A DNA stretch of 64,000 nt, taken from Bigelowiella natans CCMP2755 (taxonomy: Eukaryota; Protista; Cercozoa). The stretch lies in assembly GCA_000320545.1 (NCBI GenBank), contig ADNK01000150.1:104770-168769 (forward strand), written 5' to 3'. Under the pieces are notes generated by a model. That model searched no databases, had not been told where the DNA came from, and saw only the letters and a list, made by a program, of their open reading frames with translations. A program made the position numbers and the translations under genes. Below are positions 12,988 through 23,443 of this stretch, piece by piece (the first letter of the stretch is position 1; each line of letters begins with the position of its first letter).

Positions 12988-15300
12988 ATGCCACGATTGG
13001 CAAACGTTGCGAACTGTATATTGCCCTCAGTGGATGCCCATGAAGGATCCAAAAAAGGCGTGAGGAGGAGGAGGATCCGGAGGTCGTACTCAGCAGCGAC
13101 GTGGAATGAACGAAGAAAAGATATGAAAATGAATGTTGACATGGGAGATCCTTTCGAGTTTGCAGAAGATGGTGCTATGGAGCAGAGTATCGAATGCAGC
13201 AAAGAAGGCAATGGTTATGTTTCAAATAGACTCCAAAGAAAAAGTGTGAGTTGTACGTCACAATTGACAAATACTCAAGGAGAATTTACTGTTCCACCTG
13301 CACCTGAGAGAAGTGATTCTTCGATAGTACCAACTACTGGCAGAAAAGATCAAGTAACACCATTACAGGAGCTTTCAAACCCAGAGCAATTGGCTCATCT
13401 GTCAAAACTGCATTCTGCGACTGGTAAGAATGGCCAAGACAGCGTTTTTCCTTTACATAATCCATCGGAGTCCCCCAGTAAGAACATCACTCACAGATCT
13501 GATAATAAGACTATCTTCACAGAAGTTCCGACTCCAATTTCAAAGAGAGAAGGGCATTCACAGAACAACTTGGATTTTATTCATTGTCTAGTAGAGCTTC
13601 CCGATACTTGTCGGAAATCTTCTGAACTAAATCAAAAGGCCCCGCAAATTATTCTGCAAGAATCTAAAGCAGCTGGTTCAATTCCACAGAAAAATAGAGT
13701 TACGCAAACAGAATCAAATAATCTAGAATCCATTCAGTCTTCTCGGACTCATACTCACAACACGGTTGAAGGGCGTTCATGTGAAACCACAGCAACAAAA
13801 ATCGTTCCAGAGCCATCGGTAATTCTTAAGAGTACACCGTCAGATGATATTATTCCTACGTTGGTGAAGCAAACCAATTTTAAAGAAAATAATCCCTTAG
13901 TTGCTCAAAAGTATTCAACCCTCCAGGTGTCCGAACAGAAGGAGAAAACATTAGATAGGAAAGACGACCTTCAGAAAACCTTTAAATGTGTTCACTGTAG
14001 TCGACAATTCAAAAGAAGCTGTCACTTGGCCAGGCATAATTGTGCTTCCAGGACACTGGAAATTAGGACCCCAGTCAAAGATTTAGAGTGCGATCTTTGT
14101 GGTCGTAAATTTGGGAGATCTTGCCATGTAGCCAAGCATCGTCGAAGTTGCGAGAAACAAGTAAATATTGATGCTGTTCTGAGTGATATTCAGGATAATG
14201 ACGATAATACCGACAAAAGGACAGAATTTACGTGTGATATATGTCAACGCCGGTTCAGTAGGCGATGCCACTTGGTGAACCATCACCGAACTCACAAGAG
14301 AGAGGAAGACTTGTCAGCTCATAAAATAGAGGAATCGACAAATATCAATACTGCTCTGAGCGACATGCAGGATAATGACGATAATACCGACAAAAAGACA
14401 GAATTCACGTGTGATATATGTCAACGCCGGTTCAGTAGGCGATGCCACTTGGTGAACCACCACCGAACTCACAAGAGACAGGAAGACTTGGCAGGTCACA
14501 AAATGGAGGAATCGACAAATATCAATGCTGCTCTGAGCGACATGCAGGATAATGACGATAACACCGACAAAAAGACAGAATTCACGTGTGATATATGTCA
14601 ACGCCGGTTCAGCAGGCGATGCCACTTGGTGAACCACCACCGAACTCACAAGAGAGAGGAAGACTTGTTAGCTCATAAAATAGAGGAATCGACAAATATC
14701 AATGCTGCTCTGAGCGACATGCAGGATAATGACGATAATACCGACAAAACTGAGAAGACAGAATTCACGTGTGATATATGTCAACGCCGGTTCAGCAGGC
14801 GATGCCACTTGGTGAACCACCACCGAACTCACAAGAGAGAGGAAGACTTGTTAGCTCATAAAATAGAGGAATCGACAAATATCAATGCTGCTCTGAGCGA
14901 CATGCAGGATAATGACGATAATACCGACAAAACTGAGAAGACAGAATTCACGTGTGATATATGTCAACGCCGGTTCAGTAGGCGATGCCACTTGGTGAAC
15001 CACCACCGAACTCATAAGAGACAAGAAGTCCTATCCTCAAACAATGAGGAACTGCAGTGTAAATTACTAGAGACGAAGTGGGATCACCGCCACCGCAAAT
15101 TTGGAAGGCCTAGTCACTTAGTGAAGAACAGAGTAGCAAATTCATTGACAATCCTAGCCAAAGACTACTATTGCCACCTATGTCAACGCAAGTTCTCAAG
15201 ACCTTCCCACTTGGGAAATCACCTTCGCTCCCACAAGAAGCGAAGGTCTCATAGATTAGTCAGATTTGGCAAACGCTACAAACTGGTGTTGCAGAAATGA
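12988..15300 (+). CDS. Intronless C2H2 zinc-finger protein, 770 aa
   Basis: Five copies of FTCDICQRRFSRRCHLVNHHRTH, plus YYCHLCQRKFSRPSHLGNHLRSH and two C2HC-type fingers. Confidence 0.9.
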   Translation: MPRLANVANCILPSVDAHEGSKKGVRRRRIRRSYSAATWNERRKDMKMNVDMGDPFEFAEDGAMEQSIECSKEGNGYVSNRLQRKSVSCTSQLTNTQGEFTVPPAPERSDSSIVPTTGRKDQVTPLQELSNPEQLAHLSKLHSATGKNGQDSVFPLHNPSESPSKNITHRSDNKTIFTEVPTPISKREGHSQNNLDFIHCLVELPDTCRKSSELNQKAPQIILQESKAAGSIPQKNRVTQTESNNLESIQSSRTHTHNTVEGRSCETTATKIVPEPSVILKSTPSDDIIPTLVKQTNFKENNPLVAQKYSTLQVSEQKEKTLDRKDDLQKTFKCVHCSRQFKRSCHLARHNCASRTLEIRTPVKDLECDLCGRKFGRSCHVAKHRRSCEKQVNIDAVLSDIQDNDDNTDKRTEFTCDICQRRFSRRCHLVNHHRTHKREEDLSAHKIEESTNINTALSDMQDNDDNTDKKTEFTCDICQRRFSRRCHLVNHHRTHKRQEDLAGHKMEESTNINAALSDMQDNDDNTDKKTEFTCDICQRRFSRRCHLVNHHRTHKREEDLLAHKIEESTNINAALSDMQDNDDNTDKTEKTEFTCDICQRRFSRRCHLVNHHRTHKREEDLLAHKIEESTNINAALSDMQDNDDNTDKTEKTEFTCDICQRRFSRRCHLVNHHRTHKRQEVLSSNNEELQCKLLETKWDHRHRKFGRPSHLVKNRVANSLTILAKDYYCHLCQRKFSRPSHLGNHLRSHKKRRSHRLVRFGKRYKLVLQK
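14161..15025 (+). repeat. Coding tandem repeat, 177/183-bp unit x5
   Basis: TEFTCD units start at 14221, 14398, 14575, 14758 and 14941 (spacings 177, 177, 183, 183); near-identical DNA. Confidence 0.9.
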
Positions 15301-16648
15301 GAATGAAGATAAACTCGTTAGACGACAAGTGTCGCAAGGATCTACCGTATCTCTTAAGGATCACGGAAGCTGTTTGAATCTGCGTAATTTGACAACTTTT
15401 TGCAATACTGAAAACGAGGCGCCCGAGAAGAGCAATCGAGCGTGCGACGTTAACTGCGAATCGTATATATGAAATCTAGTTGAGGAATGCGCACTTATGC
15501 AGCATCGACAGTCTAAAAAATGAATAAGCTTAAACGGGTTCGTGTCATTGAACATATTACAAAGCTGGAAAAATGTTGAACACGTTTTTAGAATTGATAA
15601 TGTTTGAATATAAGAGCTGCTCGCCAATTGATACTTCATTTAATGTATGAAATTGTGAAGTAGCGCAACGAAAAGAACGCCATCTCATAAGCATAGGGTA
15701 CTGTCGAGCAATTGCTTGCTTGCATCCAAAGCTTCAAGTAACTATACATGTGTCGACGAAGATCAAATTTACCAGCTAAGTCGAACCACATAACCACTCA
15801 GCACTGCTACGATAACGACCGGCACAGTCATGTGCTTGATCTCCATGCTACATGTGCTACCTATAGCAGAAAACTAGCCCATACTAGCATAGAGTTTTGC
15901 GTTTATTAGCACTATACTAATAATTGTGTAGCGACTCAGGCTCACCTCCTCTTTGTCTGAACATTGCATTGTTATGTGATCTCTTGGTTGTATAGTTGGC
16001 GCGGACATGTCTAGATGTGTGCTCGAAGCACACATGATCACCGAGTAGGGATGTACGTGACGTGCATGAGCGTCCGAATTCCCCACAAGCTATAGCACAT
16101 GCACACATTATCAGCTAGCGCGACTCACGTCGTCGTTGCTGCTGCTCGCGCACTATTGTCAACGCGCTGAAGCGCTAGCTAGCTAGATGGTGTGCGGAGC
16201 ATGTAGCGCATGACTCTATAGGACTTGCTAGCTTGGCCTATGCACTCGATCTAGCAATGCACAAAAGGACACACACGCAGCAGCTTCAATGAATAAAGCT
16301 TTTTAGATGCATAGCAGTGAAACGTATGCCCTATGCTAGCTATGGTCGATGCAATCGAATTGTTGCTTGAAATCATAACGAGCACCGAGCTCTTATCAAT
16401 AGCATAATAAAATGACGTTTAACCGAATCGAAAGGATGATGAGTGTTTATCATATTGTCTGCTACGCTTGTGGCCAATAGTGACCGCTACATCTTTTGCA
16501 GTTCCGCGTCTATGCATGCATGCAGGTATCTATAAATAGATATAATGCTTGTGACATCTGGGAAGTTCATGCGTAACGTGTTGGGAATGATGGGCGAGTG
16601 CAATTTGGCTTTGCAATTTCCACTTCAGAAAATGCTTGTCATTTATTT

Positions 16649-17585
16649 TTACAAAGTATGAGGTTCTTTCTTTACAATAAAGCTATCTTCGAAAGCAATG
16701 GATCTACAGACAGATTTGCGCTTCCGTGATTGTTTTTGTTTCTCAGCTCTGCGATTGTTCCGACGGACAACCGACATAAATCTCTTACTCCACTGTACAT
16801 CAGCATCATCTGCGTCCAAGTCGATATCATCTAAAATAATGCAAGATTTCATTCAGAAAGGACCACGACATCACAACTAAACAGCCTTTTTGGTAAAAGT
16901 GTCCTTGGACTACCTTCTCTCTGCTCGTCAGCAGCCGGTTGAATTAAAACCCTCTCCTCCGGAATTTGAGAAAGTAGAGTAGCATTTGGAGACTCATCTA
17001 GGTGAGAACGAAAAACGTACTTCACAGTGCTTTGGCAGTGATTTTCTATGGATGGGTTGATGGAAGTGGATTTCTGGGAAGATGGAAGTTGCATTTCAGC
17101 TTGATCGTGCTGAAAAAATAGACATCACTTGTTACTCTTGCTCATATAAAATGTAGAAGAAATTTTACCTCGCCGATAGCCTTCAATTCGTGCGATAATT
17201 TAATCATGTTTGATCTTGGGCGCATGGGCGATGCGATAAATCCCGCTGGCGTGCTACTGTGATTGAAGTTCAGTGGAAACATACGCTCGGGACTGTCAGT
17301 GCAGAGCAACTGGTCGCCATCTTCTTGCTCATTGTCCTCATTGAAGTCCCCATCCCCCATTGAAACTGAGTTTTCAATCACGGGCAAGCCTGCTTGCAGC
17401 TCTCTGAGCGGAACGCTGCGACTAGTCCGCCGTTTCTTTGCTGTAGGTGATTTGATGGGAGACTTCAGATTGAGAAAGCCAAGCCCAAATATGTGGCTGT
17501 TGCAACTAGCTGGGGTCAGCATAAGGTTTTCCTTCGCCATGTGTATGGATTCACGAGCGGGACTGATGGGTAAAGTTTGGTCCAT
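16649..17585 (-). CDS. Hypothetical disordered protein rich in S/T-P sites (probably 3 exons)
   Basis: MDQTLPISP...KAIGE|GT at ~17168, middle exon ~17109-16914, last exon DDIDLDADD...KKEPHTL* ending at 16649. Basic NLS-like runs (KKRR, RKRK). Confidence 0.55.
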
Positions 17586-18054
17586 TGTGAAAGAGCGGTG
17601 TATGAAAGGTGGGAATTCAAATGGATGTCCAATGAAGCAGGAAGGGGAGTAAGATATGAGATGTAACAATGTCGAGGAAAACAATGAGAACCTTAATAGA
17701 TCATTACATTTCTTCAAATATTTTTGTGAAGAGCCATGTCGTAGGATCCTATTTCTCAATTAAATTGTTGCCAAATTTGTGGCAAGCGATCTGGATGTCA
17801 GTCGGAGGGCGGGTTTGGAAATAGCTTCCCGCGAATTACATCTGCGGAAGTGAGAACATAGCCGATTTTTCGGGAAATCCCATCAAAAATGCCATGTTAT
17901 TAATCCTGTGCGACAAGCACAATGTCGTCATGTGTTTGGCGGGTTCAAATGTTTGACAGGTTTGATGGCCTGAAGGCATCATTCACTCTCGCAACACTTC
18001 GGGAACGTTGTTTGTCATCATTGTCTTTGTCTTTGTCTTTTGGTTGCTCTTCAT

Positions 18055-18379
18055 TGTTGCGCGTAAGGTGTTCACAGGCCGAGGCGCTACGTGCACAAGT
18101 AGGCAGGGGGGGGGAAGGCACGTTTGCTTCCTTTTGAAGAGTTATGTTTATTTTTATTAAAGATTATATTTTTATTAAATCGTGCACTGCGCAATCATTC
18201 GCGAAGCTTTCGCGAATGCCGCCGCACGTGGGGCAGCACACTTCCGGTGTGCTGCCATGAGTCCCGCCGGAACCCACGTGCCTATACTGTATTAATATCT
18301 ACGTTATCTATATTCTATATCCGCGACAACCCCTTTGTTGTCGCACGTGACTTGTGCTCGCGTAGTAGTACGCGCTACA
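18055..18379 (-). repeat. 3' LTR
   Basis: TGTTGCG...GCTACA on the + strand; no difference from the other LTR seen by eye. Confidence 0.95.
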
Positions 18380-18387
18380 CCTCCCCC
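18380..18387 (-). promoter_or_regulatory. Polypurine tract (GGGGGAGG)
   Basis: Directly abuts the 3' LTR on the element sense strand. Confidence 0.85.
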
Positions 18388-18430
18388 AAGTCACGTTGCT
18401 CCTTCCTTCCTTCCTTATTCCCTTAGACCT

Positions 18431-21400
18431 TTATCGCTTTCGGAACTTCACCAACCACCAGGTAATAGATTCCTCTCTAACCTTATCTCCTTTGTCGCTT
18501 ACCCAGAACTCACCTTCGTCCTTAGGTTCGTGTCCATACCAGCCCTCTGCATCAAGGTCCCCCAGGACCTTATACCAGTGCTCAAAGGGTAAGTCGGGAA
18601 CAGCTAGGTAGAGTAGCTGATATTTTCCGTCCTTTATTTTCATAGCTACCCTCTCCATATTTCGTAATCCAGGGTAGCCTAGATAGACAATCTTCATGCG
18701 CCAATCGTCGTTCACCCTGACCTTATTGTTTCCATATTCCACATCGAACTTAGGTCGGGGTCCTAAACAAGGCATGGCTCGCTCCCACACAGTAGGGTTT
18801 ACTTTAACATCCTCTAGGAGCTTCTCACCGATATCATAATTCTTTAGGTGACTGATGTGGCGCAAGGTGACCCTGTTCCCATCATAGATGTAGTACTGCT
18901 TCCTCCCCTTCCTCTCGGTAACCTTTGCAACGCCACCCCAGAAGGGGTCTTGTTTATTTCTCGATCTCAGATTTACCTTGGCCCTAACATACTGTCCTTC
19001 CTTTAGAACTCGGCCATCGTACGGGACCTTCTCGTCTTCGCTCTCGGTATCGTCGTCGTTGTCGTCGCCTTCTTCCCTCTCCTTATCCTTGATACCTCCC
19101 CCAGACGTGAAGGTGTCGTTTACTAACCCTTGTATCTTGTCTGGTGTGGTGCTATTTATCCTGCTTAGGTTGGCCAAGGTGCGGTGGAGTCGCTCTACCT
19201 TGGAGTTGGACTGGGCATAGTATACAGGTGAGGCATCAATATTAGGGTGTGGTAGCTGTAGAAGAGAGGTCTCATTATCCACATGTAACTTCTTTGGTAT
19301 CTTGTTTATGCTAACTTCATCAGGGATAGCCTGGAGCTCAGACTCCCAGGTACGGTAGCAGTTAGTAAGCCTCTGCTTATATAAGCCTTTGTTCTTCTTA
19401 GCAACGTTGACCTTGATAATCTTTTTAACCCAGCACTTTCCAGTGGCCACATCAACGAAGGTAAGGTAGTGATAGCCATCGTACTTATAAACATCAATTT
19501 GCACGATATCTAAGAAGTTCCTTGCTTTGATTTTCTTAGATGCACGGCTCTTGCTGGACTCCTTGGTGGCGACGCCTGCCGCCTTCAAGCTGGAGCACCT
19601 GCAGCCACGCAGGTATGTCCTTATCTCTTTTAGCTTGTAGGGCCAGTAGTAATGGTAGAGTAGAGCAGTGATATGGTTTTCTCCTACGTGTGCAGGTCCA
19701 TGGGCGGTAAAGAGAAGGGCTCCCCTGGTCCGCCGTGGCACGTAGGTACGCCTAACATTATTAGTGTATACATATATCCTATCACTAAGTACCTCATGCT
19801 TGTGTTTGTATTTATCCAGGTGTTCTTGAAGGTGCTGGAGCTCCTCTGGCTCAGGCAGGAAGTCGCCGTCCTCGAAGGTAATCGCGTTAACCATAGGGGT
19901 GACCTGGGTAGGGACTTTCTTTTCGAACAGCCTGCTGAAATAGTCAGCAAGCTGCTTGTCTCCTGGTGCGTAGACCACTGTCCTCTTGTCCCTAAACTCT
20001 TCCGTGTCCGCCCTCATAGCTGCATACTCAACGTTAGGCGCTTCGAGCTTGCGGTCGATGCCTAGGAGGGGCTTGTGGTCAGTCATTAAGGTGAAGCTGG
20101 GCACCGACAGCAGGTAGTATCTTAGTTTCCTCTGCGCCTCAGTCATGGCTTTATACTCTCCTTTTGTAGGGCTGTATTTGGCCTCAGCTGCTGTACAGGC
20201 CCTGCCCCACACCCGTATGATCTGCTGGTCTTGGGTAAGTACAGCAGCCATACCTAGCTTAGACCAGTCTGTCCATAGGGTAGCTGGTCTAGTAGTGTCT
20301 AGCTTAGCATTCAATAGGGTGTTGCTGCATAACTTTATTAGGTTATCGAAGTGGGCATCAAGGCCACCCTTGGCCCACACCTTAGCGAAGCTGAGGCCTA
20401 CAGAGTTCTCCTTCCGGTAAGCAGTAGTAAAAGCAGCTGCAGTCCTAGCGTAGGTAGGGGAGAACCTACGTAGTATCCAAGCTGCAGTCTGCAAGAATGA
20501 CTTTAACTCCTTTGCATTCTTAGGTTTAGGGGCTTGCTGTAGTGCTGCTACTTTCTCGGGGTTTGGGGTGATGCGGCCTTGCTCCAGGTAATATCCACAC
20601 CACTTGATTCTTGTAGCTAGGAATGTACACTTCTGCAGTCTAATAGTAAAACCGAAGTGTGCAAACCTAATAAATATATTTTCCAGGAGGAAGATCTGAG
20701 CGACGACTGTGTTGGTACATATTATGTCATCATCCACATACACAAACACAAACACCCACAACACAGACGCCATCCCATCATGTGTGTATGCCCTGTAGTT
20801 CTGACTACTGAACGCATCCCCTGATATGCTTAGGCCGTAAGGGAATACGACGAAGTGCCACTTCCTGTGCCTGCTGGAGAACGCGGTAATGGGGCGGGAG
20901 GTTTTGTGGATGGGTGTCTGCATGTATGATTCATTTTTATCTAGGGAAGAGTAGTATTTGTATCCTATGACGTGTTCAATAACGTCATCTATCCTTGGTG
21001 TAGGTGTCTGGATCCTCTTTATTACTCGGTTGTGGCGGATGAAGTTGTGCGCCAGGCGGAAGAAAGGGTAAGTAGGTTTCTTAGCTAGCACATGTCTCAC
21101 GTTCCATGGTGAGTTGCTTGGCTCTATCTTCCCTTCCTTTGCCCATTCATTGATCTGCCACTCTATCTTTTCCCAGTCCGCTTCCGGTCGCCTATGTTCT
21201 GGGTCATTGATGATGCACTCTTCGTATCCCTCCTTTAGCTCGATCTTTACTGGGGTAAGTTTGCTGGAGGGCTTCGTCGTCGGCTTGGTAATGTCAGAGT
21301 ACTTCTCGTTTAATATTTTATTAATGTACTTTTTGCCTTTGTCGATATCCCAATCATCAGCTGGGGGGGTCTTGTCCAGTAGCTCCGTTATCTGTCGGAT

Positions 21401-23404
21401 GGTCTTGCCGGGGTTCTTCTTCCGTAGCTCGGTAGGTGTAGGTAGCTTGTTGTCCGCTAGGTCCATAAACTCTAACGCATTAACGCTTGACTCAGAGGTC
21501 CACTCGTCAAGCCGTATCATGTTCTGGCTGATGGTTCTGCCTGACTTCTTTGGTAACTTAGCATAGTATATCTTGTGATTGTAGAATGATATGATCCCCC
21601 CTAATTTTTCTAGGGCATCCTGTCCGAGGAGTAGTTCCATGGATAAAGTCATGGCTACTCGGGTCTTGATTTGGGTCTCCGCGTCGCTGCCAGGTATCTG
21701 TAGCTTTAGCATTAGCTCACCGACGGTCTTCATAGAAGAGCTTCCGTCTGCTTGAGCATATTTACGTTCTTTCTTAGTCACTTGATCCAATAGTCCTAAC
21801 CTTCTTACTGTGCTTAGGCTTATGAAGGACTTCGGCATGCTGCCACTATCCCAAAGGGCAGGTAGTTTCTTGTAGTCTCCGTAGCTGTCTTTAACTTTAA
21901 CCTTGGTCATAGCAACTTTGATAGTCCTGTTAGCGTCTTCGTCATTAATGTTGCATACTCCTAAGTTCTTTATGTCGTCTAGGGTCATGGGCTTGTCTTG
22001 GTCCTGCGTTGCTGGTACTGCTGTCTTCGTCGGCGCCTGCTTAAGGTGATCTAATATTCCGTTTATCTGCTGCTGTATAGCATTGATACTGTTCTGCTTC
22101 TTGTTCTTATATTTATTGTTCTTCCCGTTGTTGCTGCCTTGCCATTTGCTGTTGTTATATCCTTGTCCTCTGCCTTTCTTTCTCTTTAACTTCTCGTAGT
22201 GTTCGTTGAGCTGCCTGATCGTCATCCTGGGTCGTCCTTCTTTCCTGTCTCTGCAGTCTTTAGCGGTGTGTTTCCCTTTACGTGAGCAGTATCCGCAACG
22301 TCGGTTACCTTCCCTGTCCTTGTACCAGTCTCGCTGCGGCTTAATAGCGTTAATGTTTCCTATGCCAGGTACCTTAGGGCTGGTAAACTTGCGGTCCTGC
22401 TCCTGCTCGCGTAGGGATATAGCCTGCACTGCTGCCTCCATCGTGGTGTAGCCTTTCTCCGTAACGTAAGTGGATTCCTTTATCTTTAACTTGAACTCTT
22501 CAAACCTTGCCTGATCATCACCTGTGTTGTAATTAAAATCATGTAGTTCGTCGATCATATCCTGGAAGCGCGTGGCAAAGTCTCTAACAGGTTCTCTCTC
22601 ATGCTGCATCATTGCTCTGTATTTTCTAATAGCCTGGGGTAGGGAGTTAGCATCCTGTTCATTTACAAAAGCCTTCATTATCGCCTCAACGTCTCGTAGC
22701 CCACTAACTGTAGTGTGTATTTTCTCCAGCTGCCTGATCCGGGTCCTGCCTGTCTCGTAAAGGTCCATGGCTTGCTTTATTATAGCTAGCCATTTGAGCT
22801 TGTCGTTTTCGGTGGGGTTAGGGGTAAAGTCGCAGAGTATACTCCTAGCGTTCTTCCACCACCTCCTTGCCTCACCTCTTTTCCCGTTGTATTTCGTTAT
22901 CATAACCGGTGCTGTTTTAACAGACATGAACTGGGTGTTCCGCTGTACCGGCTGCTGCTGCTTGACGGTGCTCTGGGTCGTCCCCCGCGAGGCGCCCAGA
23001 CCCCCGTCGTTCCTAAACAAAGCTGCCCACTCTGGAGGTAAGTCTGCTTCGTAATCCATGATGTCCTGCATGATAGCTGCCCAAACATCATGTGTCTGAT
23101 ACTTGTATTCTATCGATACTTTCAGTTTGGCGTAGTTGCTCGCCCTGGGTCGCAAGGCTCGTAATGCCATTACGACCTTCTTGCTTTCGGCGGCCACGTC
23201 CTCGTCGTCCGCCTCGTAGAAGTTCTCCAGTGCCTCTGCTGCTGCATCTGCTTTCTTAATCCCGGGTGCTGGTCCCGGCGGTGCCTGTGGAGGTGTTCCT
23301 CCTCCTTCCTTAGCGTCCGTATCGCCCTTCCTTTCCTGTTTCTGCTCGTGCCCTTGCACGGCCTGCGAGCCAAAGTCCTGCTGTTCTTCTAGCTGCTGTA
23401 ACAT
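18431..23404 (-). CDS. Gag-Pol polyprotein, 1657 aa (Gag, protease, RT, RNase H, integrase, GPY/F region, Dam-like C-terminal domain)
   Basis: Zn knuckle CGYCSRKGKHTAKDC; protease LWDSGS; RT PSNSPWN, SLDKNESYMQ, PYGL and YVDD; RNase H LWTDWS, YSPTKGE and TDHKPL; integrase HGPAHVG..CRC, VQID, HVDNE and SNSKVERLHRTL. Confidence 0.95.
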   Translation of the reverse strand: MLQQLEEQQDFGSQAVQGHEQKQERKGDTDAKEGGGTPPQAPPGPAPGIKKADAAAEALENFYEADDEDVAAESKKVVMALRALRPRASNYAKLKVSIEYKYQTHDVWAAIMQDIMDYEADLPPEWAALFRNDGGLGASRGTTQSTVKQQQPVQRNTQFMSVKTAPVMITKYNGKRGEARRWWKNARSILCDFTPNPTENDKLKWLAIIKQAMDLYETGRTRIRQLEKIHTTVSGLRDVEAIMKAFVNEQDANSLPQAIRKYRAMMQHEREPVRDFATRFQDMIDELHDFNYNTGDDQARFEEFKLKIKESTYVTEKGYTTMEAAVQAISLREQEQDRKFTSPKVPGIGNINAIKPQRDWYKDREGNRRCGYCSRKGKHTAKDCRDRKEGRPRMTIRQLNEHYEKLKRKKGRGQGYNNSKWQGSNNGKNNKYKNKKQNSINAIQQQINGILDHLKQAPTKTAVPATQDQDKPMTLDDIKNLGVCNINDEDANRTIKVAMTKVKVKDSYGDYKKLPALWDSGSMPKSFISLSTVRRLGLLDQVTKKERKYAQADGSSSMKTVGELMLKLQIPGSDAETQIKTRVAMTLSMELLLGQDALEKLGGIISFYNHKIYYAKLPKKSGRTISQNMIRLDEWTSESSVNALEFMDLADNKLPTPTELRKKNPGKTIRQITELLDKTPPADDWDIDKGKKYINKILNEKYSDITKPTTKPSSKLTPVKIELKEGYEECIINDPEHRRPEADWEKIEWQINEWAKEGKIEPSNSPWNVRHVLAKKPTYPFFRLAHNFIRHNRVIKRIQTPTPRIDDVIEHVIGYKYYSSLDKNESYMQTPIHKTSRPITAFSSRHRKWHFVVFPYGLSISGDAFSSQNYRAYTHDGMASVLWVFVFVYVDDDIICTNTVVAQIFLLENIFIRFAHFGFTIRLQKCTFLATRIKWCGYYLEQGRITPNPEKVAALQQAPKPKNAKELKSFLQTAAWILRRFSPTYARTAAAFTTAYRKENSVGLSFAKVWAKGGLDAHFDNLIKLCSNTLLNAKLDTTRPATLWTDWSKLGMAAVLTQDQQIIRVWGRACTAAEAKYSPTKGEYKAMTEAQRKLRYYLLSVPSFTLMTDHKPLLGIDRKLEAPNVEYAAMRADTEEFRDKRTVVYAPGDKQLADYFSRLFEKKVPTQVTPMVNAITFEDGDFLPEPEELQHLQEHLDKYKHKHEVLSDRIYVYTNNVRRTYVPRRTRGALLFTAHGPAHVGENHITALLYHYYWPYKLKEIRTYLRGCRCSSLKAAGVATKESSKSRASKKIKARNFLDIVQIDVYKYDGYHYLTFVDVATGKCWVKKIIKVNVAKKNKGLYKQRLTNCYRTWESELQAIPDEVSINKIPKKLHVDNETSLLQLPHPNIDASPVYYAQSNSKVERLHRTLANLSRINSTTPDKIQGLVNDTFTSGGGIKDKEREEGDDNDDDTESEDEKVPYDGRVLKEGQYVRAKVNLRSRNKQDPFWGGVAKVTERKGRKQYYIYDGNRVTLRHISHLKNYDIGEKLLEDVKVNPTVWERAMPCLGPRPKFDVEYGNNKVRVNDDWRMKIVYLGYPGLRNMERVAMKIKDGKYQLLYLAVPDLPFEHWYKVLGDLDAEGWYGHEPKDEGEFWVSDKGDKVREESITWWLVKFRKR

Positions 23405-23421
23405 TGTTAGTCAAATCGTTT

Positions 23422-23438
23422 CCCGTGTGTGGAAGCCA
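23422..23438 (-). promoter_or_regulatory. Putative primer-binding site TGGCTTCCACACACGGG
   Basis: Begins TGG (complement of tRNA CCA) 5 nt downstream of the 5' LTR; cognate tRNA not identifiable here. Confidence 0.55.
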
Positions 23439-23443
23439 AAGGT

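Noticed and set aside
14161-15025. CRISPR-like repeat array
   Set aside because: In-frame coding zinc-finger repeats with no unique spacers; eukaryotic context.
16649-17585. Sororin-like cell-cycle protein
   Set aside because: S/T-P sites and a late Trp are suggestive, but the C-terminal sororin motif is not convincingly present.
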